A stretch of 64,000 nt of DNA from Candidatus Poribacteria bacterium (GTDB lineage: Bacteria; Poribacteria; WGA-4E; JAJDTR01), in assembly GCA_965220415.1 (NCBI GenBank), contig OZ244829.1:145327-209326 (forward strand), written 5' to 3'. Below, piece by piece: positions 9,516-19,287 of this stretch. Position 1 is the first letter of the stretch, and each line of letters opens with the position of its first letter. The position numbers were made by a program, and so were the translations under genes. Under the pieces are notes generated by a model, which saw only the letters and a list, made by a program, of their open reading frames with translations, had not been told where the DNA came from and ran no database searches.

Positions 9516-9694
9516 GTAGATCCCTATCGCAGGGGATCTTCTTTCACCCTCCCTAATCAATAGGTTGATCCCTATGAGATGCGCTATTGCCTTCGCTATC
9601 CACTCAGTTGATCTCCTGTGAAGAGATCTCTATCGCACGGGATCTACTATCGCGTTCCCTATTCAGTCACTTGATCGCTATTCGCTCGTTTGAT
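9516..9694 (-). repeat. Array of about 4-5 degenerate 36-nt modules
   Basis: Reverse complement reads ATCAAACGAGCGAATAGCG / ATCAAGTGACTGAATAGGGAACGCGATAGTAGATCCC / ... GCGATAGGGATCTAC. Confidence 0.75.
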
Positions 9695-9748
9695 CCCACC
9701 CTACGGTGCTCTCACAATGTTATCATTCGGATTAAGAGGCGTACGTTA

Positions 9749-10783
9749 ATGGCAGCAATTTTTCGAGTTGAAGCAGATAGACTCAGGAGTTTTAGCAGGC
9801 GTCTATGCGAAGCTGTCGGCACGCCGCGTGATATTGCGGAAGTTGAAGCGGAAATGCTTGTCAATGCCGACCTGAGAGGCCACACATCGCACGGGGTTTA
9901 CCAATTTCCAAACTACTTCAGGGCTGTGGAAGACAACTTCCTCATTCCCGACGCCGTTCCCGAGATTGTAAACGAAACACCATCTGCCGCGCTCGTGGAT
10001 GCGCATAGCGGCTGGGGGCACTATTCCGCGCAGTGGGCAATGCAACTCGCAATGGACAAGGCAGAGGAAACGGGAGTTGGTGCGATAAGTCTGGCGAGCG
10101 CGAACCATATTGGCAGGTTAGGCGAATATTGCGAACAAGCCGCTGCCGCCGGATTCATAAGTTTCGTAACTTTCGGCGTCAGTGGGCGGGAAGATGGCAT
10201 TGCGACGCCGTTTGGCGGTACCGAGGCGGTTCTTAGCAGTAATCCCATCGCTTTCGGCGTGCCTGCCGCGGATGGCAGACACCTCATCGCGGATTTCGCG
10301 ACCACAATGTTCGCCAATGCCAAGATAAACATCTATCGGATTAAGGGGCAGGAACTTCCACCGGGTTGTATTGTGGACAAAGACGGAAGGCCGAGCACTG
10401 ATCCGAATGATTTCAATACCGGCGGCATGAGTTTGGTTTTCGGCGGTTACAAGGGATACGCGTTTTCTCTATTGACGTGCCTACTGGCTGGACTAAACGG
10501 TGGTTTCGAGCCGAACAAATGCGAGTTGGCGGGCAGTTTCTTTATTGCCATAAAGGTAGGGGCATTTATGCCCTCCGATGCATATGGTCAAACTGCCGCG
10601 AGTTTTCTTGATTTCATGCGCGGTGTCGCGCCCGCGCCGGGATTTTCCGAGGTGCTTGTGGCTGGCGACATGGAGCGCCGTAAGACGGAAGAACAGTTAG
10701 CTGAAGGAATAGAGCTTCCGGAAGAGGTGATGAACAATCTCCGAGCCTATGGCGCGAAATATGGTATTAGCGAGAACCTGTGA
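9749..10783 (+). CDS. Ldh_2 family (malate/L-lactate/ureidoglycolate/sulfolactate-type) dehydrogenase; start revised from 9587 to 9749
   Basis: ADLRGHTSHG, NHIGRLG, SNPIAFG, DFATT and GGYKGY motifs. The upstream extension in the ORF track runs through the repeat array. Confidence 0.9.
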   Translation: MAAIFRVEADRLRSFSRRLCEAVGTPRDIAEVEAEMLVNADLRGHTSHGVYQFPNYFRAVEDNFLIPDAVPEIVNETPSAALVDAHSGWGHYSAQWAMQLAMDKAEETGVGAISLASANHIGRLGEYCEQAAAAGFISFVTFGVSGREDGIATPFGGTEAVLSSNPIAFGVPAADGRHLIADFATTMFANAKINIYRIKGQELPPGCIVDKDGRPSTDPNDFNTGGMSLVFGGYKGYAFSLLTCLLAGLNGGFEPNKCELAGSFFIAIKVGAFMPSDAYGQTAASFLDFMRGVAPAPGFSEVLVAGDMERRKTEEQLAEGIELPEEVMNNLRAYGAKYGISENL

Positions 10784-10818
10784 ACAGAGTATTTCGATTC
10801 GTATCAAGGAGATAAATC

Positions 10819-11019
10819 ATGCAAACCGCACAGGAAATTCAGGTGGCTGTTTCTCAACTGTCGGCGGATGAATTAGCCCGTTTTAGGGAATGGTTCAGCA
10901 GATTTGATGCCGAAATATGGGACAGACAATTTGAAGAAGATGTGAAATCCGGGAAGTTAAATCGGCATGGTGAGAAGGCGATTGCAGATTTTTGGGGCGC
11001 GAAATGTAAGCAATTGTAA
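10819..11019 (+). CDS. Small antitoxin-like protein (EI..AV.QL..ELA.FR.WF..FD...WD.Q.E.D family)
   Basis: SD AGGAG; the pattern matches a family usually found upstream of a RelE/ParE-like toxin. Confidence 0.65.
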   Translation: MQTAQEIQVAVSQLSADELARFREWFSRFDAEIWDRQFEEDVKSGKLNRHGEKAIADFWGAKCKQL

Positions 11020-11051
11020 ATCACGACTGTAATCCGCGAGGTGTCTGACAA

Positions 11052-11384
11052 ATGAAGGACGAACCCAAAAAGCCTATACTCGATAACTTCCTTTCTCAGC
11101 ATGAGAGTGTCCGCATAGGCCAAATGTTTGGCTATCCCGCATATTATGTAGGTCGGTCCATGTTTGCTTGTTTATACGAGGGAAAGGTGGGATTGAAGGT
11201 CCCAGAGGAAACGGCAAACAAGGCTAGGACGAGGGACGGAATATCGGATTTTCAGCCATACGGAAAACCGAAAATGCGGGAATGGATTCAGTTTGATTTT
11301 GATTCGGAGGAGGAACTGAATCGGTACAGTGACCTAATAGACACCGCAATAGGGTATGTGGAAACGAGGAAAAGGGAGAAGTGA
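11052..11384 (+). CDS. TfoX/Sxy N-terminal domain family protein
   Basis: MFGYPAYYV..MFA and FQPYGKPKMREW motifs. Confidence 0.75.
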   Translation: MKDEPKKPILDNFLSQHESVRIGQMFGYPAYYVGRSMFACLYEGKVGLKVPEETANKARTRDGISDFQPYGKPKMREWIQFDFDSEEELNRYSDLIDTAIGYVETRKREK

Positions 11385-11445
11385 GGGACTTCTTATGAGG
11401 AAATTTTGCTTGGCTGTTGTGGCATCGGGTGCCTGGATGAATCTT

Positions 11446-11628
11446 TCAGAGTTTGTCCGCAACGAGTTCGTGATTAAGCATGTGCGGAGCAAAGGATTTG
11501 AGAAAATCGATTAGTTTTTCGCGAAGACGTTTTGGTATTGCGCTAGCTTTTATATTTTTCTCCGTTTGATGTGAGTTTAACAACTTCAAGAACTCTTTGA
11601 AGTCGAGTGGTAGTTGGATCGTAGCCAT
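11446..11628 (-). pseudogene. Truncated nucleotidyltransferase (toxin-like); only about 21 N-terminal residues are recognisable
   Basis: MATIQLPLDFKEFLKLLNSHQ matches the family start, but the sequence diverges where the VEYL.IGGYAV motif should follow. Confidence 0.6.
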
Positions 11629-11773
11629 AGTTAATCTGCCGCATCAATTCAACGGCTTGCAAGCGTTCCTGTGGTGTTTTGGCATGCCAATATTCCTTGT
11701 CATCCGATTCTTCCGAAGTTGATGCCACTGAAAGGCTACTCTTATCCATCTTCAATGTATCTAGTGCACTCAA
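11543..11773 (-). CDS. Small partner protein of nucleotidyltransferase TA-like pairs
   Basis: DKEYWHAKTPQERLQAVELMRQINYGYDPTTTRLQRVLEV is characteristic of this family; it overlaps the truncated partner gene. Confidence 0.65.
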   Translation of the reverse strand: MSALDTLKMDKSSLSVASTSEESDDKEYWHAKTPQERLQAVELMRQINYGYDPTTTRLQRVLEVVKLTSNGEKYKS

Positions 11774-12119
11774 GTGTTTTTCCCTTACTTTCTCAGAACC
11801 CTAGCCCGGTCACGACGGTGCATTTCCAAATGCAATCCGACGCTTCTCCAAGTTTCCTGGTGGGTATAAAATCTTAGTAACTATTTAGCCTATCAATCTG
11901 TTTTGGAAATGCTGGTTCGTCGTGCTGCAGTTAAGTCCCCGTTCCTGCACCATGAGCGTAATGTAGGAGCGATCTCGAGGTCGCGATTTCCTGTTGGTGC
12001 GTAAGTTCTGGACTAAACTAAACAATTACGAATTCTCAATCCAGTCGTTTGATCGTAATGTGTGAAAAAATCAATCACGCATGATGAATTACCATTTAGA
12101 GAGGCGATGAGGCGTTCGA

Positions 12120-13319
12120 CTATTGTTGAGAAATGACATTCGCCGTCTCTCTAGCGACTATAATTTCCTCATTGGTCGGAACGACAAGGATCTTTACACG
12201 GCTATCGTCGGTAGAGATTTCTCCTTCGCCGAGGTGATGCTCATTTTTGCCCGGATCGATTTGGATGCCGCACCATTCCAATCCATCACAGATAGCGGAG
12301 CGAGCGGTAACGCTTTTTTCACCTATTCCTCCCGCGAAAGCGATAACATCAACTCCTCCGAGCGCTGCGATGTAAGCACCAATATATTTCTTGACGCCGT
12401 AAAAATAGGTGTCCATCGCGAGTCGCGCATCGGCGTTGCCGGCGTTGGCTGCGGTTTCCACATCGCGCAGATCGCCGCTGACTCCGGAGATTCCGAACAG
12501 TCCGGATTCTTGGATTAACTGGCGGCGAATTTCGTCGGTGCCCCACCCTTCCTTATCCATCACATATAGGACAGCAAACGGATCGAGATCGCCGCTCCGC
12601 GTTGACTGGAGCACGCCATACTGTGTTGAAACACCCAAAGTCGTATCGATTGATTTTCCACCGCGGATGGCACACAAGGACGAACTTCCACCGAGGTGGC
12701 ATGAGATTATGCGTAACTCGGGATTTCCCGGCTCCTCAAGTAATTGGGGCACTCGTTCAGAGACGTAACGATGTGACGCACCGTGAAATCCGAAGCGTCT
12801 AATTTCATGGTTTTCAGTCCAGGCGCGGGGCACCCCGAACTCGTAGGCATAGTCGGGAATTGTCTGGTGGAACCAGGTTTCAAATACGGCAACTAGCGGA
12901 GTGTGAGGGAGACGTTCTTGAAAACTCCGGATTGACGCGATGTACGCAGGGTTATGCGTCGGTGCGAGGGGAATATACGCTTGAAGTGCTCTAATCACAT
13001 CGTCGGAAATTAGCGCTGAACGCCATATATCCTTACCAACTATAGTTTTGAAACCTACTCCCGCCAACTCTCTGAAATCTGTTATCACCCGTGTCTCATC
13101 ATCAGTAATCAGATTTATCGCGTGCGCGATAGCGTCATTATGGTTTTCCGCTTCGATTTCTCCCCGAAGCTCAGGTTTTCCCGGAACGGAATGGTTGAAC
13201 AATGATGGTGGGTTGCCGATCCGTTCTACCATCCCTTTGACGAGAGAGCGTGATGTTTCAACATCGATAATCTGGTATTTGAACGAGGTGCTTCCAACGT
13301 TAGCGCAGAGAATTAGCAT
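12120..13319 (-). CDS. ackA: Acetate/propionate kinase
   Basis: NVGSTSFKY, GFHGASH, HLGGSSS, TRSGDLDP, FAGGIGE and PTNEE motifs. Confidence 0.92.
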   Translation of the reverse strand: MLILCANVGSTSFKYQIIDVETSRSLVKGMVERIGNPPSLFNHSVPGKPELRGEIEAENHNDAIAHAINLITDDETRVITDFRELAGVGFKTIVGKDIWRSALISDDVIRALQAYIPLAPTHNPAYIASIRSFQERLPHTPLVAVFETWFHQTIPDYAYEFGVPRAWTENHEIRRFGFHGASHRYVSERVPQLLEEPGNPELRIISCHLGGSSSLCAIRGGKSIDTTLGVSTQYGVLQSTRSGDLDPFAVLYVMDKEGWGTDEIRRQLIQESGLFGISGVSGDLRDVETAANAGNADARLAMDTYFYGVKKYIGAYIAALGGVDVIAFAGGIGEKSVTARSAICDGLEWCGIQIDPGKNEHHLGEGEISTDDSRVKILVVPTNEEIIVARETANVISQQ

Positions 13320-13630
13320 ATGGTTTCTTTGCTGAAAAGCTTAAAATCAAACAAGAAAAAAGCGATGCGCCCTGGCATCGCTTTACTTTATCATCGGCTA
13401 AACAAGTTTCAGTATCAAAATCTATTTAACGTTGAGATTTTGCTGGATTGTGAAAGGGGGAAACCGAATTTTCATCAAGAAACAACTCGGTTCCAAACTC
13501 ACAAGAGTCGCGTCATTCGTCTGACTTTGATGGAATATCGACTCACTTGAGCACGACGGAATTTAATCAAATCAGGACGCTCCTCGAACCAAGGTGCCCT
13601 TCACACCATTCTTCAGATAATCTCTGAACT

Positions 13631-15133
13631 CTATTCCGCTCTAATTTGTTGCGGTCTTATTCTTCGAGGCTTCCTGCGTTGTGATCTTTCTTGATTTTCT
13701 CGCTCCGGAATCATTCTCGGCTGGCGGTTCAAGCGTTTCAGCAAACGTTCGACTTCCTCCTCGTAGGTTTGAAATGGGTCCTCCATTTCAAACGGTTCCT
13801 CGTGAGTAAAATAGATTTGATGCCAATCAACAATGCACGGCATATTATTTTGAAAAAGGTAGCGCATGACAGCGGAGCGTGCTTTCGCGCGTGTGGTATC
13901 CGGGGCATTACGAATCGCGGCGTCAGTTTTCTCCGGTGTTACAAGCTGTACCATTTGCCCTTGGTTTTCCAATTCGTAATAAAGACTCCGGTCCGGATGA
14001 AGATGGTGATATTCCAAGTCGAGGCTTTCGAGCCAGGGATCGTTCCAACTTAGCCCTTCGTCTTCCATAAAAGTCTCTAGCAGCCATTTCTTTGCCGCCC
14101 AATCAACGCGATCGCGCACACTTCGCCAATCTTGTTCAAGGTCGTTTAATACAGATTCCCAACTTGCCAACACCCAATCCGTGTCATCGTCTTGTCCCTT
14201 CAAAATCTTTTGTGCAAGTTCAAGATATTTTCGCTGGAGATCAATCGCCGAGATTGTTTCACCGGTCTCAAGTTCGACAATCCACCGCAGGCTTTGATCT
14301 CGCGAGATGTCTTTCAAGGCACCCACCGGATCCGCTAAAGCAATATTACTCGGTTGGTGTCCTCTTTCAATAAGGTCAAGCACCAGCGACGTGGTTCCAA
14401 CCTTCAGCGCTGTAGCGTATTCGGACATGTTTGTGTCCCCAACGAGCAGATGGAGACGTCGATATTTCGTGTAGTCCGATAGTGGCTCATCACGTGTGTT
14501 AATGATTGCCCTACTAAACTGGATCCATTCATAGATTTCGGTGACGATATGATCCGCGCGCTGCGATATTTGAAAACCGTGAAAAGCATCAGAGCCAGGT
14601 TGAACATCCTCGAAATCAAGAATTTCCTCATATCCTCCAACCCTGCCCGCTCCCGCATATATTTGCCTAGTGACGAAAAACGGCATCAGTGCCGGAATGA
14701 CAACCTTGTAGAATGGGATGTCACGCCGGAGTTGGTAGTTTTCATGACATCCGAAAGTTGCCCCCGTGAAATGGTCGATGTTATTTTTGAAGAACGAAAC
14801 TGCCTCATTTAGCCCCAACTCACCCGTGACATGCGTTATCAAGCGCTCAATTGCTTTGTCGTAGGCGACGACCGACAAAAGATCGACGCACTCGGGGGTA
14901 GCATACTCAAGGTGCCCCATGTCTATATAAAGTCGACCCCCATTGAAGAGAAAGCCGCCGTTACCCGGTGGTTCGCCGTAGTCACGATAGTGTATGTCAG
15001 AAATACCCAGTTGTAGCTGGTGGAAGACGTGGTCTCTGACCACTGAGGCGACTCCTTCGGATGACATACTCAGTTGATTCGCTTCGATCATACATCCGAA
15101 TTCTGTTTCAATTCCAAAAATGCGCTTGCTCAA
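13631..15133 (-). CDS. pafA: Pup/UBact-protein ligase (PafA family)
   Basis: RIFGIETEFG, NGGRLYID.GHLEYATPEC, NTRDEP and RRLHLLVGD motifs; last gene of the proteasome operon. Confidence 0.9.
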   Translation of the reverse strand: MSKRIFGIETEFGCMIEANQLSMSSEGVASVVRDHVFHQLQLGISDIHYRDYGEPPGNGGFLFNGGRLYIDMGHLEYATPECVDLLSVVAYDKAIERLITHVTGELGLNEAVSFFKNNIDHFTGATFGCHENYQLRRDIPFYKVVIPALMPFFVTRQIYAGAGRVGGYEEILDFEDVQPGSDAFHGFQISQRADHIVTEIYEWIQFSRAIINTRDEPLSDYTKYRRLHLLVGDTNMSEYATALKVGTTSLVLDLIERGHQPSNIALADPVGALKDISRDQSLRWIVELETGETISAIDLQRKYLELAQKILKGQDDDTDWVLASWESVLNDLEQDWRSVRDRVDWAAKKWLLETFMEDEGLSWNDPWLESLDLEYHHLHPDRSLYYELENQGQMVQLVTPEKTDAAIRNAPDTTRAKARSAVMRYLFQNNMPCIVDWHQIYFTHEEPFEMEDPFQTYEEEVERLLKRLNRQPRMIPERENQERSQRRKPRRIRPQQIRAE

Positions 15134-15175
15134 AATCTTCCTCGGATGTTTCGGTGTTAGTCATTAAGAATCGTC

Positions 15176-15955
15176 TCACAACCAATTGGCAGTTAGGTTT
15201 TCAATTTCCTCCGACTGGAGTATGCGGAATTTGCTGTTGCCTCGGCGCGTGCTATCCAAAACTGCGGCTTCAATCTGCCCCTCTTTCAACTCTTCCTTCA
15301 AGACATCGTGCACCTGCACCCTGTCTACGGGTGGCTCTTCAGATTCATCCGATTCTTCATCCTCCTGTAAACTTAGATCTCGTCCTACCGCCCAAATTTC
15401 CAAAGCGGTGCGTGCGGTAGAGATGAGTGTTCCGTCGCTCGAATTAGAATCAGCCAAATATCGGCGCATCGCATTCTCAATGGCATCGGTACCTCCGATC
15501 AATTGAGCATGGCTATCGGTCGCGACGGCGCCATCGTAGTTTATGGAACTAAACTGATTTTCCCTACCGAGTGTCCCCAATTCAGCCAATAGCATCTTGA
15601 TGATGGGAGCGGCTCCAAAAATGGTCTCAAATGTCTGTTTTATCGCGGGGCCAAGAACAAAGTTTGCTAGTCGGTGTAGGGTTACATCGTCCACCGAGTT
15701 TTGAAATCCTTGTACGGAGGCAGTATCCGTCGCCAACATACGCAACTGCTCTATGTAAGCGGGGTGTCCGATTGCGCACAGTGCGGTTCGGTTGTGTACT
15801 TCAAAGATTTTACGCTGACCACTTCCGACCGTCAGAAGCAACAACCCATCGTTATAGTTTAACCCAACGACGGGACTTCCCGGGCGAAGCTGGTCCTCGA
15901 TGTAATCCCTACGATCATTAATCGCCTCAATCCAGCGATATGGTTCATCTAACAT
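15176..15955 (-). CDS. prcA: 20S proteasome alpha subunit
   Basis: GSPVVGL and RKIFEVHNR motifs; located between prcB and pafA. Confidence 0.88.
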   Translation of the reverse strand: MLDEPYRWIEAINDRRDYIEDQLRPGSPVVGLNYNDGLLLLTVGSGQRKIFEVHNRTALCAIGHPAYIEQLRMLATDTASVQGFQNSVDDVTLHRLANFVLGPAIKQTFETIFGAAPIIKMLLAELGTLGRENQFSSINYDGAVATDSHAQLIGGTDAIENAMRRYLADSNSSDGTLISTARTALEIWAVGRDLSLQEDEESDESEEPPVDRVQVHDVLKEELKEGQIEAAVLDSTRRGNSKFRILQSEEIENLTANWL

Positions 15956-16781
15956 AGTCTACGTCAACAAATTCGGTATAGATTTCGCCTAGCTGTCCCT
16001 CGGACAGGTCGTGAATACCCTCCCGTGTGATTGTCTTGGCTGTCGGGAAGATGTGCGATTTTGGGTTATATCCACTGGTTGCGACATCGTATTCAGATGC
16101 TGTGTCAAGCAGTCTCAGCACCGTGCGAGTCGCCTGCTGTTCGTCCATTTCGGCGAGTGGTCCGCCTTCCCAGCGATCCAAGTAGCGCAGGATGCCTCGA
16201 ATCCAGACCGATCCGGAGCCAGACACGGCAAAAGCAGCGTTTTCAAAGTGTGCGCCGAGGGCGTCATAGAAATAAATTTTTCCGCCGTTTTCATCTTCTT
16301 GCTGATTCAGGTCGTAGAGTGCGAAGATAGGAATCACTCCGCCAATCCCCTGTAATGCCATTGGCAAGTTTTCGCGAATCAAGCGTGAGAGCATCCTCAA
16401 CTTTCCTTCTACGCTTAACTCTTGAAGTTGACTTCGACGGAAATACTGAAATGAATGTTCAAGGACTCTCGCCATTTCATAGGCAATAGCCGGGGATCCC
16501 GAGATAGCCAGGACGGAATATTCATCTATTGGCAATACTTTTTCCGCTCGGTCGTACATGACGGATGTTCCAGCCGTTGCTCGCCGATCTCCGGCAATCA
16601 GAATACCCTCCCGATAACGCACCGCAATAACAGTTGTGCCCTCTGCTACCTCCAAATGATGCCCAACAACGCTTCCGGCTGATCCAGCAGGCATGTTTTG
16701 GGGAGTCAAGTCGTCAGCACCGAGTTGGATGTGGCAGTTCCGTGATTTCAAGAGACTGAGGAAGTCCCCTTTGTGGTTCAT
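15945..16781 (-). CDS. prcB: 20S proteasome beta subunit with propeptide
   Basis: EG|TTVIAV (catalytic N-terminal Thr), AGDRRATAG and GSGS motifs. Confidence 0.93.
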   Translation of the reverse strand: MNHKGDFLSLLKSRNCHIQLGADDLTPQNMPAGSAGSVVGHHLEVAEGTTVIAVRYREGILIAGDRRATAGTSVMYDRAEKVLPIDEYSVLAISGSPAIAYEMARVLEHSFQYFRRSQLQELSVEGKLRMLSRLIRENLPMALQGIGGVIPIFALYDLNQQEDENGGKIYFYDALGAHFENAAFAVSGSGSVWIRGILRYLDRWEGGPLAEMDEQQATRTVLRLLDTASEYDVATSGYNPKSHIFPTAKTITREGIHDLSEGQLGEIYTEFVDVDYVR

Positions 16782-16784
16782 TAC

Positions 16785-16982
16785 CTATTCCCCTGTCCTC
16801 TGGCGATAGTTGCGTGACTGGTTTTTCTTGACACGACGCATGCGGTTGAGTAATTCCTTCCTGTCCGGACTATTCGTGTCCGGGCGTTTTGGCCCCTCAT
16901 CATCGCCGCCATCGCCTGGTCCAAAAGGCTTCGCGGGTCGCTGTTGTCGGTCTCTCAGGTGCATAAGCACATCTGTTGTCAT
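16785..16982 (-). CDS. ubact: Ubiquitin-like modifier UBact (Pup counterpart)
   Basis: 65 aa, Pro/Gly-rich N-terminal half, ending ELLNRMRRV..NQSRNYRQRTGE-stop; stop codon 3 nt before the prcB start. Confidence 0.9.
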   Translation of the reverse strand: MTTDVLMHLRDRQQRPAKPFGPGDGGDDEGPKRPDTNSPDRKELLNRMRRVKKNQSRNYRQRTGE

Positions 16983-17083
16983 GATAATTGCCTCCTGTCA
17001 ATAAAGACAAAACTGCGTTTTTAGTTCTGTGACATCTAGAAACCACCGGGCAACTAGAGTTGGGATACGGGGGGTTCGATTTT

Positions 17084-17439
17084 TCGTAACTGTTTAGTGC
17101 ATCGTTTGGTTCGTAGTATTACAGTTCGTCGCACGTCCGCTCTGGGCATGTAATACCATTTCTATAAAATGGAAGTGCATTGATTACGTGGATTAAGCAA
17201 AGAAACTTGCCGGAGCGGAACAACAAGCTTCGTCTCTGCGCAAAGTCCGCGGGGCAAGATGCCCCGCCTACGGAAAAAGTGGACGATACCATTCAAACAT
17301 CATATGCACTATTATTCAAGCGAAATGGTATAAGCCCCCAATTAGCCGGAATTAGCATTGTACTTCCATACCCGGTGCGTTCCCTGCCCCCGGTCGGTCT
17401 GGATCGGCAAATCCAGACCGATGGACTAAACAATTACGA
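17084..17439. mobile_element. 356-bp MITE family D, between dop and ubact
   Basis: Terminal inverted repeats TCGTAACTGTTTAGTGCATCG / CGATGGACTAAACAATTACGA; internal REP GCGGGGCAAGATGCCCCGCCTAC; shorter copy at 52763-53136. Confidence 0.8.
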
Positions 17440-17493
17440 TTTTCGCTTCCGGAGTATCACGCTGCCATTTGCATCACGAGAGGATTAGGCGCG

Positions 17494-19011
17494 CTAATTC
17501 CGAATACCTAAATTGTCTACCAAGGATTCTACCGTTGATGAATTATTCAGGATGCGGTTGTATTCCGCTGCCAGACTTGGATCCGCAAGTTGTTTCATGC
17601 AAACGGAAACGGGTCTTCCCTTTACATTGAACGTGATGGTATCCCACTGAACAGATCTAACATCGGCACTAAATTTATTGAGCGACTGTCCACGAAAATA
17701 CGCCCGGGTATCCGACGGGGGATGGTGAATGGCGTGTTCAATCTGCCGCTCGGTGACGACACGGCGCATCAAGCCCTGTGATTGGAGTCCGTAATATAAC
17801 CCTTTGTCCTGATTGATATTGTGATATTCCAAATCCAGACTTTGTAACCACGGATCGTCCCAACTAATCCCCTCTTCGTCAATGAATGTCTCTAGCAACC
17901 ATTTCTTTGCAACCCAATCCAAGCTATCTGTCAAACTCATCGGATCTCTTTCGAGACGATTGAGCACCAACTCCCATTCATTCAACACCCAGTCGGTATC
18001 GGAATCTTGACCTGCAAAATGCCGCCGGGCTAAATCCAAGTATTTTCGTTGCAAATCAACTGCGGAGATTGTAGCGCCGTTGCTCAACCTTAATGTCCAT
18101 TCGTAAGTTTGATCCCGCGAAATCTCCTTGATTGTCTCAATCGGGTTATCAATGGCAAAGCTACCAGGCACCCGCCGTTGTTCGATCAGACTAATCACCA
18201 ACGCGGTTGTACCGAGTTTGAGTGCGGTCGAATACTCCGACATGTTGGCATCACCCACAATACCGTGAAGTCGGCGATACTTAGCGGCATCCGCATGCGG
18301 TTCGTCGCGTGTGTTCACAATCGGGCGGTTGTGCATCGTATCTACGCTAATTTCTACATGAAAGAAATCTGATCGTTGCGCCAGTTGGAAGAATCCGGCG
18401 GAACTAATGCCCGACTCGGTTTCGATGCCGACTTTGCCCGCCCCGGCAAAAATCTGCCGCGTCACAAAGAACGGCATGATACTTTCTTTCAGGTAATCGA
18501 ACTCAATCTCCCGCTTCATCAGATAGTTGTCGTGGCAGCCGTAACTGTGTCCATGAAAATCGGTATTGTTTTTATAGAGCAACACCTCGCGCTTCAGTTT
18601 TTCGCTACGACGCACAGCGCATTGAAACAAGATCCGCTCGCCAGCTTTATCGTGTGCTATTAACTCAAACAAACTTTGACATTCAGGCGTGGAATATTCC
18701 GGATGAGCGTGATCGTTGTATAGACGAGCGCCGTTCACAAGAATCATATCGCTCTTGATTTCGTTGAAGGGAAGGTTGCGTCGACTATCCTGTTCTTGAT
18801 ACTGGCGCTCATCCGGGTGTTCTTGTAACTCACTAGCGCGGAATCCACGATCGTCGCGAAACGGATCCTCTCCGTTATAATCCCACATCGGACGAAAGTC
18901 GCCCGGTCGATAACTCTTGATGAGTTCAATTGATAATTGAACCGGATCAACATTTTTCTTGCCTTCAAGCGTAATGCCGTATTCCGTTTCAATTCCAAAC
19001 AGTCTTTGCAT
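17494..19011 (-). CDS. dop: Depupylase/deamidase Dop family
   Basis: RLFGIETEYG, NGARLYNDHAHPEYSTPEC, RDEPHAD and RRLHGIVGDAN motifs. Confidence 0.9.
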   Translation of the reverse strand: MQRLFGIETEYGITLEGKKNVDPVQLSIELIKSYRPGDFRPMWDYNGEDPFRDDRGFRASELQEHPDERQYQEQDSRRNLPFNEIKSDMILVNGARLYNDHAHPEYSTPECQSLFELIAHDKAGERILFQCAVRRSEKLKREVLLYKNNTDFHGHSYGCHDNYLMKREIEFDYLKESIMPFFVTRQIFAGAGKVGIETESGISSAGFFQLAQRSDFFHVEISVDTMHNRPIVNTRDEPHADAAKYRRLHGIVGDANMSEYSTALKLGTTALVISLIEQRRVPGSFAIDNPIETIKEISRDQTYEWTLRLSNGATISAVDLQRKYLDLARRHFAGQDSDTDWVLNEWELVLNRLERDPMSLTDSLDWVAKKWLLETFIDEEGISWDDPWLQSLDLEYHNINQDKGLYYGLQSQGLMRRVVTERQIEHAIHHPPSDTRAYFRGQSLNKFSADVRSVQWDTITFNVKGRPVSVCMKQLADPSLAAEYNRILNNSSTVESLVDNLGIRN

Positions 19012-19287
19012 ATTTGATTGTACTAGACGGGATTATGTGTTGCCGGTCTATCTTGCGTACTTACCGTGCCGGGGAAAACTCTCATGTCCTGCTCAATCCC
19101 TCGTGCCTAATAATGATTGGACGAATTGATTCGTGTTTACGGTCTGAGGGGTACCTCACAGGCTTTGCGGCATAACCTACCCAAGGCACAATTGGGAGAA
19201 ATGTAGCCCTCTAACGATACGTATTACATGGTGAAGGTTGGTGGGTTGAAATACGTATACTGAGTGTACGATGCGTCGCGCATTGGG

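Noticed and set aside
9587-9748. N-terminal extension of the Ldh-family ORF
   Set aside because: It translates the repeat array; family similarity starts at ATG 9749.
17180-17488. 102-aa ORF between dop and ubact
   Set aside because: Lies almost wholly within a MITE and is antisense to the operon.
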